From Isoptericola halotolerans (GTDB taxonomy: Bacteria > Actinomycetota > Actinomycetes > Actinomycetales > Cellulomonadaceae), in contig NZ_JABEZU010000001.1 in the NCBI RefSeq assembly GCF_013149785.1, forward strand, positions 1,488,001-1,552,000: DNA of 64,000 nt. Reading direction: 5' to 3'. Shown here piece after piece: positions 49,099 to 59,227 of the stretch. Made by a program: the position numbers and the translations under genes. Numbering within the stretch: the first letter of the stretch is position 1; each line of letters begins with the position of its first letter. A model generated the notes under the pieces. It saw nothing but the letters and a program-made list of their open reading frames with translations, had not been told where the DNA came from and did not search any database.

Positions 49099-49992
49099 TC
49101 AGGGCGCGGAGGCGCTCTGGTCGCGACCGATGTTGTGGGGAACCGCCACCACGGCGTTCGGGTCCAGCTTGTCGGCCCGCTGTCCACGTTCCGCCAGCCG
49201 GCGGTCGACGATGATAGCCACCCGCGTCAGCGTGAAGTTGACGATGAGGTAGATGGAGAGCACCACCACGAACAGCGGGAACCGGTACTGGTCACCGAAG
49301 AACGAGTAGTTGAGCTGCATCATGCGCAGCAGCTCCTGATACCCCACGATGAAACCTAGGGACGTGTCCTTGAGGAGCACGACGAACTGGCTGATCAGGC
49401 TCGGGAGCATCAGTCGCAGCACCTGCGGGAGCTGCACGATCCGCAGCGTCTGCCAGCGGGTCAGCCCGACGGCGGTCCCGGCCTCGACCTGCCCCTTCGG
49501 CAGTGCGGCCAGGCCTGCTCGGATGATCTCCGCCACGATCGCCGCGTTGTACAGCACCAGACCGAAGATGACCGCTTCGAAGGCCGTCAGGCCCAGTGCG
49601 AGCTGCCCGAAGAACATCATCAACAGCACCGGCAGGCCCCGGAGGAGCTCGATGACGGCGGTCGCCAGTCCACTGACCAGCCGCAGCCGACTGGTGCGCA
49701 GCACCGCCAGGATGATCGCGAGGGCGAAGGCCAACGGTGCAGCGGTCGCCGCAGCCCGGAGGGTGGCGCCGAGCCCGACGACGAGGAGGGAACGCCAGAC
49801 GTCAGCCGCGGACTGGCCCTTGGGCGGGTCGCTGAAGACCTCCCAGCGCGAGTCGAAGAGGCCGCGGTCGACCATGCCCTTGAACACCCAGGCGAGCACG
49901 GCAAGGAGCAGGATCGCCACTCCGATGGATGCGATCCTTTCGATGCGTCGGGTCCTGGGGCCGGGGGCGTCGTAGAGGACGGAGCCGCTCAT
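49099..49992 (-). CDS. gluD: Glutamate ABC transporter permease
   Basis: SVLYDAPGP, IELLRGLP, AEIIRAG...GQVEAG, LLKDTSLG. Confidence 0.9.
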   Translation of the reverse strand: MSGSVLYDAPGPRTRRIERIASIGVAILLLAVLAWVFKGMVDRGLFDSRWEVFSDPPKGQSAADVWRSLLVVGLGATLRAAATAAPLAFALAIILAVLRTSRLRLVSGLATAVIELLRGLPVLLMMFFGQLALGLTAFEAVIFGLVLYNAAIVAEIIRAGLAALPKGQVEAGTAVGLTRWQTLRIVQLPQVLRLMLPSLISQFVVLLKDTSLGFIVGYQELLRMMQLNYSFFGDQYRFPLFVVVLSIYLIVNFTLTRVAIIVDRRLAERGQRADKLDPNAVVAVPHNIGRDQSASAP

Positions 49993-50639
49993 CGGCTGAA
50001 CACCACCTTTCGCTCGATGTACCCCGCGAGCGTGCCGGCGGGGATGGTGATGAGCAGGTAGAAGAACGCGACACCGAGAAGCATCCAGAGCACGTCGGCG
50101 GGGTAGTCGCGTGCCAGGCCACGCCCGGTGGCGGTGAGCTCCACGACGGCGAACCCGGCGGCGACCGACGTGTTCTTGGTCAGGGCGATGAGGACGTTGA
50201 TCAGCGGTGGCACGACGGTCCGCAGCGCCTGGGGGAGCACCACGAGGGACAACGTCTGGGTGCTGCCGAGGCCGATCGCACGGGCCGCTTCGGCCTGCCC
50301 GACGCTCACGCTGTTGATGCCGGACCGTACCGCCTCGCAGACGAAGGCCGACGTGTAGACGGTCAGCGCGATGATCGCGGGCACCCGGCCCAGCGGGAGG
50401 ATGTAGCCCATCGAGGGGAGGATGAAGACGAAGAAGATGAAGACGAGCGTCAGCGGGGTGTTGCGGCCGATCTCGACGATCGTCGCCCCGACGATCCGCA
50501 ACGACTTCAGCGGTGAGACGCGGAACGTCGCGAGGATCGTCCCGAACACGAGGGACAGCACTCCCGAGACGACGGCCAGGAAGAGCGTCGTCGTGAAGCC
50601 GTCCCAAAATCTCGGCAGTGCTTCGATCACCGAGTCCAT
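49989..50639 (-). CDS. gluC: Glutamate ABC transporter permease
   Basis: RNTPLT, YTSAFVCEAVRSG...GQAEAARAIG, ALTKNT. Confidence 0.9.
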   Translation of the reverse strand: MDSVIEALPRFWDGFTTTLFLAVVSGVLSLVFGTILATFRVSPLKSLRIVGATIVEIGRNTPLTLVFIFFVFILPSMGYILPLGRVPAIIALTVYTSAFVCEAVRSGINSVSVGQAEAARAIGLGSTQTLSLVVLPQALRTVVPPLINVLIALTKNTSVAAGFAVVELTATGRGLARDYPADVLWMLLGVAFFYLLITIPAGTLAGYIERKVVFSR

Positions 50640-50665
50640 GGAGAGTTCCTGCACTTCCTGTGACG

Positions 50666-50699
50666 GGTGCGGGGAGGGACGGCAGTCCCTCCCCGCACC
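50666..50699 (-). terminator. Intercistronic stem-loop after the binding-protein gene
   Basis: 15-bp perfect stem GGTGCGGGGAGGGAC / GTCCCTCCCCGCACC between gluB and gluC. Confidence 0.65.
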
Positions 50700-50753
50700 A
50701 CGAGGGGACGACGCGCTAGTGGGCGCGTCACCGATCTGTCAACGGTCGAGCGC

Positions 50754-51623
50754 TCAGTAGCGGTCGACGGTCGGCGGCTCGGGGGTGTCGAGGACCTCTC
50801 CGGCGGTCGACTCCCACGCGGCGGCCCAGCGGCCGTCCTCGTAGGCGGCCTCGAGAGTGTCGTTGATGAAGGTGCGGAAGTCGTCGTCGCCCTTGGCCAG
50901 ACCGATGCCGTACGGCTCCTCGGTGAACAGGTCGCCCACGATCTGGAAGTCGTCCGGGCTCTCGGCGACGTACCCGGCCAGGATGACGTTGTCGGTGGTC
51001 ACCGCGTCGACCTGCCCGTTGCGCAGCGGGTCGAGGCAGTCGGTGTAGGCGCCGAACGTCACCAGCTCGGCGTCGGGGTAGTTCTGCTCGATGTTGCCGG
51101 CCGGCGTCGATCCGTCCACCGAGCAGACCGTCTTGCCGGCCAGGTCGTCCGGGCCGCTGATCTCGGTCTCGTCGGTGCGCACCAGCAGCGACTGCCCGGC
51201 CTCGTAGTACGGCCCGGCGAAGTCGATGACCTCCTTGCGCTCATCGTTGATCGTGTAGGTCGCGACGACGATGTCGACCTGGCCCTCCTGGATGAAGGGC
51301 TCACGGTTGGCCGAGACGGTCTCGACCCAGTTGATGTCGTCCTCGGCGATCCCGAGCTCGGCGGCGACCAGCTTGCCGATCTCCACGTCGAACCCGACCG
51401 GGGTCCCGTCGGGGCCGACCAGGCCGAACAGCGGCTGGTCGAACTTGGTGCCGATGGTGATCGAGCCGGCGTCGGCGAGCTCGGCCATGGTCGAGCCCTC
51501 GGGGAAGTCCGCGGCCTCGACGTCGGCCGGCTCTGTGGTCGTCTCGCCGTCGTCGCCGCAGGCGGACAGGGTCAGGGCGGCCACGGCGGCGAGAGCCACC
51601 AGCCCGGTGGAACGTCTACGCAT
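50754..51623 (-). CDS. gluB: Glutamate ABC transporter substrate-binding lipoprotein
   Basis: Lipobox LSAC, GTKFDQPLFG, ATYTINDER, FAGPYY, TTDNVIL, EPYGIG. Confidence 0.92.
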   Translation of the reverse strand: MRRRSTGLVALAAVAALTLSACGDDGETTTEPADVEAADFPEGSTMAELADAGSITIGTKFDQPLFGLVGPDGTPVGFDVEIGKLVAAELGIAEDDINWVETVSANREPFIQEGQVDIVVATYTINDERKEVIDFAGPYYEAGQSLLVRTDETEISGPDDLAGKTVCSVDGSTPAGNIEQNYPDAELVTFGAYTDCLDPLRNGQVDAVTTDNVILAGYVAESPDDFQIVGDLFTEEPYGIGLAKGDDDFRTFINDTLEAAYEDGRWAAAWESTAGEVLDTPEPPTVDRY

Positions 51624-51681
51624 GATTTCTCCTTCGTCGGGGCGTCCGGCTCGTGACCGGCGCACAGGGGTTACCGGTGGG

Positions 51682-52458
<777 letters not shown>

Positions 52459-52605
52459 TCCTTGAACCTAACCAGTCGTTGTTACACGGGCCAGCACCTT
52501 GCGCCCCAGGTCGGCAACGAATCGGTAACGACCCTTCCGTACCTGTCCCGGAGGTGGCGACGCTGCGTTCCGGGCCCCGGGGCTCGGGTCGTACCCTAGA
52601 GGGCG

Positions 52606-54252
52606 ATGTCCACCACCATGCCTACCCCGAGCGCCACCGACTCGCCCGACCGTGCCGGGACCGATGCGCGCACCTACGTCGTGCGCACCCTCGGCTGCCA
52701 GATGAACGTGCACGACTCCGAGCACATGGCCGGGATGCTCGAGCAGGCCGGCTACAGCCGTGCCAGCGCCTCCGACGACGCCGCGAGCAACGCCGACGTC
52801 GTCGTCATCAACACGTGCGCGGTGCGCGAGAACGCCGCCACGCGGCTGTACGGCAACCTCGGTCAGCTCGCGAGCCTCAAGGCGCAGCGGCCGGGCATGC
52901 AGATCGCCGTCGGCGGCTGCCTGGCCCAGAAGGACCGGGGCGAGATCGTGGCGAAGGCGCCCTGGGTGGACGTCGTCTTCGGGACGCACAACCTTGACGC
53001 CCTGCCCGTCCTGCTGGAGCGCGCCCGGCACAACGAGGCCGCCCAGGTGGAGATCGCGGAGTCGCTGCAGGTCTTCCCCTCCACGCTGCCCACCCGGCGC
53101 GAGTCGGTCTACGCCGGTTGGGTCTCCATCTCGGTCGGCTGCAACAACACGTGCACCTTCTGCATCGTGCCGCACCTGCGCGGCAAGGAGCGCGACCGCC
53201 GGCCCGGCGAGATCCTCGCCGAGGTCCAGGCGCTCGTCGACGCCGGCGCGGTCGAGGTGACGCTGCTCGGCCAGAACGTCAACAGCTACGGCGTGGAGTT
53301 CGGCGACCGCGGTGCGTTCGCCAAGCTGCTGCGCGCCTGCGGGCAGATCGACGGGCTCGAGCGGGTCCGCTTCACCTCCCCGCACCCGGCTGCGTTCACC
53401 GACGACGTGATCGCTGCGATGGCCGAGACCGGCAACGTCATGCCGCAGCTGCACATGCCGCTGCAGTCCGGGTCGGACCGCGTGCTGCGCGCCATGCGCC
53501 GCAGCTACCGGTCCAGCAAGTTCCTCGGGATCCTGGAGCGGGTGCGTGCCGTGATGCCCGACGCCGCGATCACGACGGACATCATCGTCGGCTTCCCCGG
53601 CGAGACCGAGGACGACTTCGCCGAGACGCTGCGTGTCGTGGAGGCCTCGCGCTTCAGCTCGGCCTTCATGTTCCAGTACTCGCCGCGGCCCGGCACCCCG
53701 GCCGCCACGATGGACGGCCAGCTCCCCAAGGAAGTCGTCCAGGAGCGGTTCGAGCGGCTCCTCGCCCTGCAGGAGCGCATCAGCTCCGAGGAGTCCGCCG
53801 CCCAGGTCGGCCGCACGCTCGAGGTGCTCGTCGCCGAGGGCTCCGGCAAGAAGGACGGCGCGACGCACCGCCTCAGCGGGCGTGCCCGGGACAACCGCCT
53901 GGTGCACCTCGCGCTGCCGTCCGGTGTGCTGGCCGACGGCGGCACTCTGCCCGACCAGCCTGTCGGTCTCGACGACCCGCGGCTGGCCGAGGCCGCGGAC
54001 CTCGACCCGCGGCTGCCCCGCCCCGGCGACATGGTCACCGTGGAGGTCACGCGCTCGGCGCCGCACCACCTCATCGCGGACTCGGCCGTCGACGGTGGCA
54101 CCTACGCCGTCCGCCGCACCCGCTCGGGCGACGCCTGGGTGCAGCGGGAGAGGACCCGGCTCGGAGGTGGGGACGACCAGTACGGCCACGGCGCGCCCGC
54201 ACCCGACGGTCCCGTCGTCCTCGGCATGCCGCGCGTCGGCACACCGGGGTAG
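52606..54252 (+). CDS. miaB: tRNA-2-methylthio-N6-isopentenyladenosine(37) synthase MiaB
   Basis: [25 protein letters not shown] radical SAM motif, [13 protein letters not shown] domain. Confidence 0.97.
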   Translation: MSTTMPTPSATDSPDRAGTDARTYVVRTLGCQMNVHDSEHMAGMLEQAGYSRASASDDAASNADVVVINTCAVRENAATRLYGNLGQLASLKAQRPGMQIAVGGCLAQKDRGEIVAKAPWVDVVFGTHNLDALPVLLERARHNEAAQVEIAESLQVFPSTLPTRRESVYAGWVSISVGCNNTCTFCIVPHLRGKERDRRPGEILAEVQALVDAGAVEVTLLGQNVNSYGVEFGDRGAFAKLLRACGQIDGLERVRFTSPHPAAFTDDVIAAMAETGNVMPQLHMPLQSGSDRVLRAMRRSYRSSKFLGILERVRAVMPDAAITTDIIVGFPGETEDDFAETLRVVEASRFSSAFMFQYSPRPGTPAATMDGQLPKEVVQERFERLLALQERISSEESAAQVGRTLEVLVAEGSGKKDGATHRLSGRARDNRLVHLALPSGVLADGGTLPDQPVGLDDPRLAEAADLDPRLPRPGDMVTVEVTRSAPHHLIADSAVDGGTYAVRRTRSGDAWVQRERTRLGGGDDQYGHGAPAPDGPVVLGMPRVGTPG

Positions 54253-54273
54253 GGCGCACCGGGTCAGGGCACG

Positions 54274-54780
54274 TCAGGAGGCGGGGTCGCTGAGCGGGCC
54301 CACGCTCGCGAAGAACTGCGACGCCGTGACCAGCCCGCACGAGACCGTCTCCGCGAGCTGCACGTCGGTGGCCCCGTGCTCCAGGTCGACCGACACCTCC
54401 GTGTACAGCGCGAGGCCGCTGCCCTCCGGACGGGTGTAGACCTTGGGCCAGATCCGCTCGCGGTTCCAGTCGTTGCAGGCCTGCAGGACAGCGGCTCGCG
54501 CGGTGTCCGGCACGGTGCCGGCCCAGCGCCCGCGCACCTGGAGGATCTCGGAGTCGTCGCCGAGCAGCAGGAACCAGAACCGGTTGCCGTCCCACGTGCC
54601 GGTGATGTCGCCGTCGTCGTCGGTACGGAACCGGTACCCGCGGCGTGCCAGGTCGTTGCCGACCCTCGCCAGCGTCACCGGCGTGGGGACCTCGGCGCGG
54701 ATGCCAGGCTGCCCGGCGCGACCCCGGCGGCGGGCGACCTGCAGCACCGCGGCGGTGGCGCGCCGCAGCGGGCCGCTCAC
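54274..54780 (-). CDS. YbjN-like domain protein (paralog 2)
   Basis: LQVRGRW, CNDWNRERIWPKVY, EHGATDVQL; GTGA overlap with paralog 1. Confidence 0.8.
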   Translation of the reverse strand: MSGPLRRATAAVLQVARRRGRAGQPGIRAEVPTPVTLARVGNDLARRGYRFRTDDDGDITGTWDGNRFWFLLLGDDSEILQVRGRWAGTVPDTARAAVLQACNDWNRERIWPKVYTRPEGSGLALYTEVSVDLEHGATDVQLAETVSCGLVTASQFFASVGPLSDPAS

Positions 54781-55343
54781 GGCGCGCTCCGCAGCGGGTC
54801 GGCGAAGACCTCGTCGAGATGCTCGAAGAACATGGCTGCCGTGGACAGCCCGCACTGCAGGTGCTGCCCGAGCTGGTCGTCGTTCGCCCCGTGCTCGACG
54901 CTGACGGTCACCTCCGCGCACACGACGACGGCGCCGTCGTCGCGCACGCGGGCGTAGGTCTTGGGCCAGATCCGCTCGGCGTTCCACTCGTTGCACACGT
55001 CGAGGACCTCCCCGAGCCGCTCGATGGTCGCCTCACGGTGCCACTGCCCGCGGACCTGGAGCACCTCGCCGTCCGGCCCGAGCGGGAGGAAATGGAACAG
55101 CCGGCCGTGCCACAACCCGCCGAGGTCGCCGTCCGTGTCGACGAAGTACGTGAACCCGGACCGGTCGAGCCAGGCGCTGATCCGTTCGCGGGACACCGGG
55201 GCGGGCAGCGCGCCGACGGCGTCTCCGACAGGTCCGGCCAGCAGGACGTTCTGGACGTCGGTGCGCAGCCGGTCCGGTTCGCCGCCGTCGGGAGCGGAGG
55301 ACGTGGTCGACCTGGCGGCCCGACGTGATCCGAAGAACCTCAC
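54777..55343 (-). CDS. YbjN-like domain protein (paralog 1)
   Basis: YFVDTDGDL, LQVRGQW, CNEWNAERIWPKTY, EHGANDDQL; TAGCGT -10 before the GTG. Confidence 0.8.
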   Translation of the reverse strand: MRFFGSRRAARSTTSSAPDGGEPDRLRTDVQNVLLAGPVGDAVGALPAPVSRERISAWLDRSGFTYFVDTDGDLGGLWHGRLFHFLPLGPDGEVLQVRGQWHREATIERLGEVLDVCNEWNAERIWPKTYARVRDDGAVVVCAEVTVSVEHGANDDQLGQHLQCGLSTAAMFFEHLDEVFADPLRSAP

Positions 55344-55378
55344 AGCACCCACGCTACACGCCCGGGTACCGTGGGGCG

Positions 55379-56122
55379 GTGTCCGTCCGAGCAGTGGTCC
55401 TGCCCGCCACCGTCCTGCTCGTGCCCGGAGCCGGGGGGACCGGGTCGGGGCTACCCTCGGTGCGATCGGCGGTGCTGGCTCAGCTCGGCCGGTGCACCGC
55501 GGCCGACGGGAGGCCGCCCGTCCGCTGGGGTGTGCTCGGCCCCTCCCCACGGACTCGCACCGGCCGCCGTCGCCCCTCCCTGGCGGCCGCCGGTATCGCC
55601 GACCGGTGGCTCCCGCTGCTGCGCGACGGGTGGGACCCGACCGCTGGTCCCGCAGAGCACACAGAGCCTGGCGGGGTGGCGACGTCGGTGGCCCAGCTGA
55701 TGCTGGCCGAGGCCGTCGGCCCGGGGGCCGCGCGGGAGGCCGTCGTCGTCGAGCTGGCAGCCACCGTCGACGAGGCGGCCCGGCGGGCCGCGGCGGACGT
55801 CCTGGCGTCCTGCGACGCCGTCGTCGTGGCAGGCGGGGACCCCCTCGACGCGCAGGCCGGTCCGACACGCTGCGCGCCCGGCGTCGAGCAGATGCTGGCT
55901 GTGCTCGCCGAGCGGTCGGGGTGGGTGGCCACGACGCGATCGGTCGAGACGGCCGGTCCGCACCTGCCCGTCCGGTACGACGTCGTCACGTGGGGAGCCC
56001 CGGCACCGGGCCCGCGGACCGGTCGGTCCCCCGCTCAGAACGCGGTGTCCGCGAACCAGCCGACACCCGTCAGCAGCAGCCAGAAGCGGACCGTGCGCCC
56101 CACGAGGACCGTCGGCACGTAG
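55379..56122 (+). CDS. Hypothetical protein (resembles the extradiol dioxygenase subunit B-like gene often upstream of miaA)
   Basis: PATVLLVPG start, VRYDVVTW near the end; TACCGT -10 six nt before the GTG; 3' end overlaps a convergent gene. Confidence 0.55.
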   Translation: MSVRAVVLPATVLLVPGAGGTGSGLPSVRSAVLAQLGRCTAADGRPPVRWGVLGPSPRTRTGRRRPSLAAAGIADRWLPLLRDGWDPTAGPAEHTEPGGVATSVAQLMLAEAVGPGAAREAVVVELAATVDEAARRAAADVLASCDAVVVAGGDPLDAQAGPTRCAPGVEQMLAVLAERSGWVATTRSVETAGPHLPVRYDVVTWGAPAPGPRTGRSPAQNAVSANQPTPVSSSQKRTVRPTRTVGT

Positions 56123-56511
56123 ATCGCCATCGGCACCCGCAGGGAGCCGGCCACGACCGCGATGATCATCAGCGGCGGGAAGCCGACGCAGGCCGAGGCG
56201 AGGAGGACGGCGGTCGTCAGGACCGGGCGTCCGGCGATGCGGGCGTGCCACCGCTCGTACATCAGCCGCCACCGCTCCTGGGAGAGCTTGCGCTGCAGAC
56301 GACGCGACTGCATCGACCGTGCCGCCAGGAGGTACCAGGCGACCTTCGCCACCGTCTGGCCGACGCCCGCCGCGAGGGCCAGGCCAGCCAGCACGGCCGG
56401 GGAGCCTGCGGCGTCGCTGGCAGCGGCCACCCCGCCCAGGTACACCTCGACGCTGACCACCGGCACGAGCCCGGACAGCAGGCTCACGGCGAAGGTGGTC
56501 AGGAGCAGCAC
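56035..56511 (-). CDS. DedA/VTT-like membrane protein
   Basis: SGLVPVVSVEVY, GQTVAK, SACVGFPP, GRTVRF; TAGGCT -10 before the GTG. Confidence 0.75.
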   Translation of the reverse strand: MLLLTTFAVSLLSGLVPVVSVEVYLGGVAAASDAAGSPAVLAGLALAAGVGQTVAKVAWYLLAARSMQSRRLQRKLSQERWRLMYERWHARIAGRPVLTTAVLLASACVGFPPLMIIAVVAGSLRVPMAIYVPTVLVGRTVRFWLLLTGVGWFADTAF

Positions 56512-56586
56512 GCGCGGAGCCTATCCCGGCGCCGACCCGGACGGCACCGCGTCACGGGACGTGCTGAGCCGACTAGCGTGGTGCCC

Positions 56587-57567
56587 GTGATCGTCGCCGT
56601 CGTAGGACCCACCGCCACGGGCAAGTCTGACCTCGCCCTCGACCTCGCGGAGGCGCTGAGCGGGGCCGCTGCCGCGGAGATCGTCAACGCCGACGCCTTC
56701 CAGCTCTACCGCGGCATGGACATCGGGACCGCCAAGGTGCCGCCCGCCGAGCGGCGGGGCATCGTGCACCACCAGCTCGACGTCCTCGACCCGCAGCAGG
56801 ACGCCTCGGTGGCGCGGTACCAGACCGAGGCCCGCGCCGACCTCGACGCCGCCGCCGAGCGCGGTGCGCGCGCCGTCGTCGTCGGCGGGTCCGGGCTGTA
56901 CCTCCGGGCGCTGCTCGACCACCTCGACTTCCCCGGGACGGATCCCGCTGTCCGGGCGGCGTTGGAGGAGCGGGCCGAACGGGAGGGGCGGCGCACGCTG
57001 CACGCCGAGCTCGAGCGACTCGACCCGGCCGCGGCGGCGTCGATCGGCCCGTCGAACACCCGACGCATCGTGCGGGCGCTGGAGGTCATCGAGCTCACCG
57101 GCCTGCCGTACACCGCGAACCTGCCGCGCCAGGAGTACGTGCGTCCCACGGTCCAGATCGGGCTCGACTGCGACCGGGCGACGCTGGACGCCCGGGTCGA
57201 GAGCCGCGTCGAGCGGATGTGGGACGCCGGGCTGGTCGAGGAGGTCCGCGGGCTCGCGGCCCCCGCCCAGGGAGGCTCGGGAGCTGGGCTCGGCGTCACG
57301 GCGGCCCGCGCGGTCGGGTACGCCGAGGTGCTGCGCTGGTTCGCCGGCGAGACCACCGAGGCCGAGGCCCGGACCGCCGTCGTCGCCAACACACGACGGC
57401 TCGCTCGCAAGCAGATGGGCTGGTTCGGTCGCGACCCGCGCGTGCGCTGGCTCGACGCGGGGTCTGGGCACCTGCTCGACGAGGCGCTCGCCGTCGTGCG
57501 AGCGGCCGACGCCGGCACCCTGGCGGCGCCGGGCAGCGAGCCGGTACGCCGTAGTCTGGGCTCATGA
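56587..57567 (+). CDS. miaA: tRNA dimethylallyltransferase MiaA
   Basis: GPTATGKS, NADAFQLYRGMDIGTAK, VGGSGLY, RRIVRALE, TRRLARKQMGWF; start GTG at 56578, 56581 or 56587. Confidence 0.96.
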   Translation: MIVAVVGPTATGKSDLALDLAEALSGAAAAEIVNADAFQLYRGMDIGTAKVPPAERRGIVHHQLDVLDPQQDASVARYQTEARADLDAAAERGARAVVVGGSGLYLRALLDHLDFPGTDPAVRAALEERAEREGRRTLHAELERLDPAAAASIGPSNTRRIVRALEVIELTGLPYTANLPRQEYVRPTVQIGLDCDRATLDARVESRVERMWDAGLVEEVRGLAAPAQGGSGAGLGVTAARAVGYAEVLRWFAGETTEAEARTAVVANTRRLARKQMGWFGRDPRVRWLDAGSGHLLDEALAVVRAADAGTLAAPGSEPVRRSLGS

Positions 57568-58499
57568 CCTTGCGATTCACCAAGGGCCACGGCACCCACA
57601 ACGACTTCGTCCTGGTCGCCGACACCCGCGGAGACCTGGACCTGACACCGGCGCGGGTGCGGCACCTCGCCGACCGCCGCGGGGGGATCGGCGGGGACGG
57701 GGTCATCCGCCTGGCCCCGACGGCGGCTGTGGCCCGCGCCGGAGAGGCGGCGGCCGACGCCGTGCTCGCCGACGAGCCGGGTGCGATCTGGTTCATGGAC
57801 TACCGCAACTCCGACGGCACGGTCGCCGAGATGTGCGGCAACGGGGTGCGCGTCTTCGCCGCGTTCGCCGAGAGCCTCGGCCTCGTCGACCTGGACGGGG
57901 GCGACGAGCTGGCCCTCGGCACGCGCGGCGGGGTCAAGCGGGTGCGCAAGGAGCCGAACGGCTGGTACGCCGTCGACATGGGGCCCTGGTCCTACCCCGG
58001 CGGTCAGGACGCCGTCGCGGCAGGGGCCGACGCGGCGGTCATGGTGGCGGGCTGGGACGCCCCTCGTCCCGCGCTCAGCGTCGACCTCGGCAACCCCCAC
58101 ACCGTCGTCGCGCTGTCGCGGTCGGCCGAGCTCGACGCGCTCGACCTGACCCGCGAGCCCGCCGTCGACCCGCCCCCGCCGCACGGCACGAACGTGGAGC
58201 TGGTGGTGCCGCTCGGCGAGGAGCCGGCACCCGACGGCGGCGTCGTCGGCCGGGTGCGCATGCGCGTGCACGAGCGGGGTGTGGGGGAGACGCAGTCCTG
58301 CGGGACGGGTGCGTGCGCTGCGGCGCTCGCCGTCCGGGCGTGGGCCTCTGCCGGCGCCGACCCCGATCAGGTGCCCACCACCTGGTTCGTCGAGGTGCCG
58401 GGGGGCGAGGTCCGGGTGCGGCTCCTCGACGGCGGTCACGTCGAGCTCGCCGGCCCGGCCGAGCTCGTCTTCAGCGGTGAGGTCGAGCTGCCGCAGTGA
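57564..58499 (+). CDS. dapF: Diaminopimelate epimerase
   Basis: KGHGTHNDF, EMCGNG, GNPH, NVE, ERGVGETQSCGTG. Confidence 0.96.
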   Translation: MTLRFTKGHGTHNDFVLVADTRGDLDLTPARVRHLADRRGGIGGDGVIRLAPTAAVARAGEAAADAVLADEPGAIWFMDYRNSDGTVAEMCGNGVRVFAAFAESLGLVDLDGGDELALGTRGGVKRVRKEPNGWYAVDMGPWSYPGGQDAVAAGADAAVMVAGWDAPRPALSVDLGNPHTVVALSRSAELDALDLTREPAVDPPPPHGTNVELVVPLGEEPAPDGGVVGRVRMRVHERGVGETQSCGTGACAAALAVRAWASAGADPDQVPTTWFVEVPGGEVRVRLLDGGHVELAGPAELVFSGEVELPQ

Positions 58500-58526
58500 G
58501 GTGTGCCGAGCGCCTCGGCGCCCGGT

Positions 58527-59132
58527 TCAGCGTGTCGTGTGCAGGATCCGGAAGCCCTTCGACGACGTCGTCCGCTCGGTGGGCAGGGCGAGCTCCGTCT
58601 CGATCCAGCGGGCCAGCGAGTCCGAGCCGAGATTCTTGCTCACCACCATCCAGGCCCCGCCCGGCGCACCGCCGGGGAGTAGCCGAGGCAACCACCGGCG
58701 CAGCATCTCGTGCAGCACCTGCTTGCCGACCCGGATCGGCGGGTTCGACCACAGCGCGGCGAAGGTGACGTCGTCGGGCACCTCGTCGGGGGTGACCGCC
58801 CGCACCCGGTCCGCGACGCCGAGCCGGTCCGCGTTGCGGCGGGCCAGGTCGAGGGCCCGGCGGTTGACGTCGACCGCCCAGACTGACGCGTCCGGGTTGC
58901 GCAGCGCCATCGTCAGGGCGATCGGACCCCACCCGCACCCGAGGTCCAGCAGGTCGCCGGCAGGCGGCGCGGGCACCTCGTCCAGCAGGACCCTGGTGCC
59001 CTTGTCGAGCCCTCCGGGGGAGAAGACCCCGGAGGCGACCTCCAGCTCGACCGCCGTCCCCGCGAGGTGGACGCTGAGCGTCCGCCGCTCGGCGTCGGAG
59101 GCAGGTTCGGCCGTGAAGTAGTGGTCGCTCAC
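58527..59132 (-). CDS. Class I SAM-dependent methyltransferase (RsmC/MTS-like)
   Basis: HYF, GVFS..GLDKGT, LDLGCGWG, SNPPIRVGK. Confidence 0.9.
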   Translation of the reverse strand: MSDHYFTAEPASDAERRTLSVHLAGTAVELEVASGVFSPGGLDKGTRVLLDEVPAPPAGDLLDLGCGWGPIALTMALRNPDASVWAVDVNRRALDLARRNADRLGVADRVRAVTPDEVPDDVTFAALWSNPPIRVGKQVLHEMLRRWLPRLLPGGAPGGAWMVVSKNLGSDSLARWIETELALPTERTTSSKGFRILHTTR

Positions 59133-59227
59133 CCCGGCATCGTAGTGCCGTGCCGATATTCGCTTCGGCCGGGACGAATCCGCATGGGATCCTTGTTGTG
59201 CGGACGTACCCCACCGAGAGGACCACC

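Noticed and set aside
54961..56577. 868-aa ORF as a MiaA fusion
   Set aside because: The upstream part overlaps three other genes; MiaA begins at the IVAVVGPT P-loop, after its own -10.
59133..59227. Possible antibiotic-sensing leader peptide or attenuator before hflX
   Set aside because: Only weak inverted repeats (ATTCG/CGAAT, TCCGCA/TGCGGA); no convincing short leader ORF or terminator.
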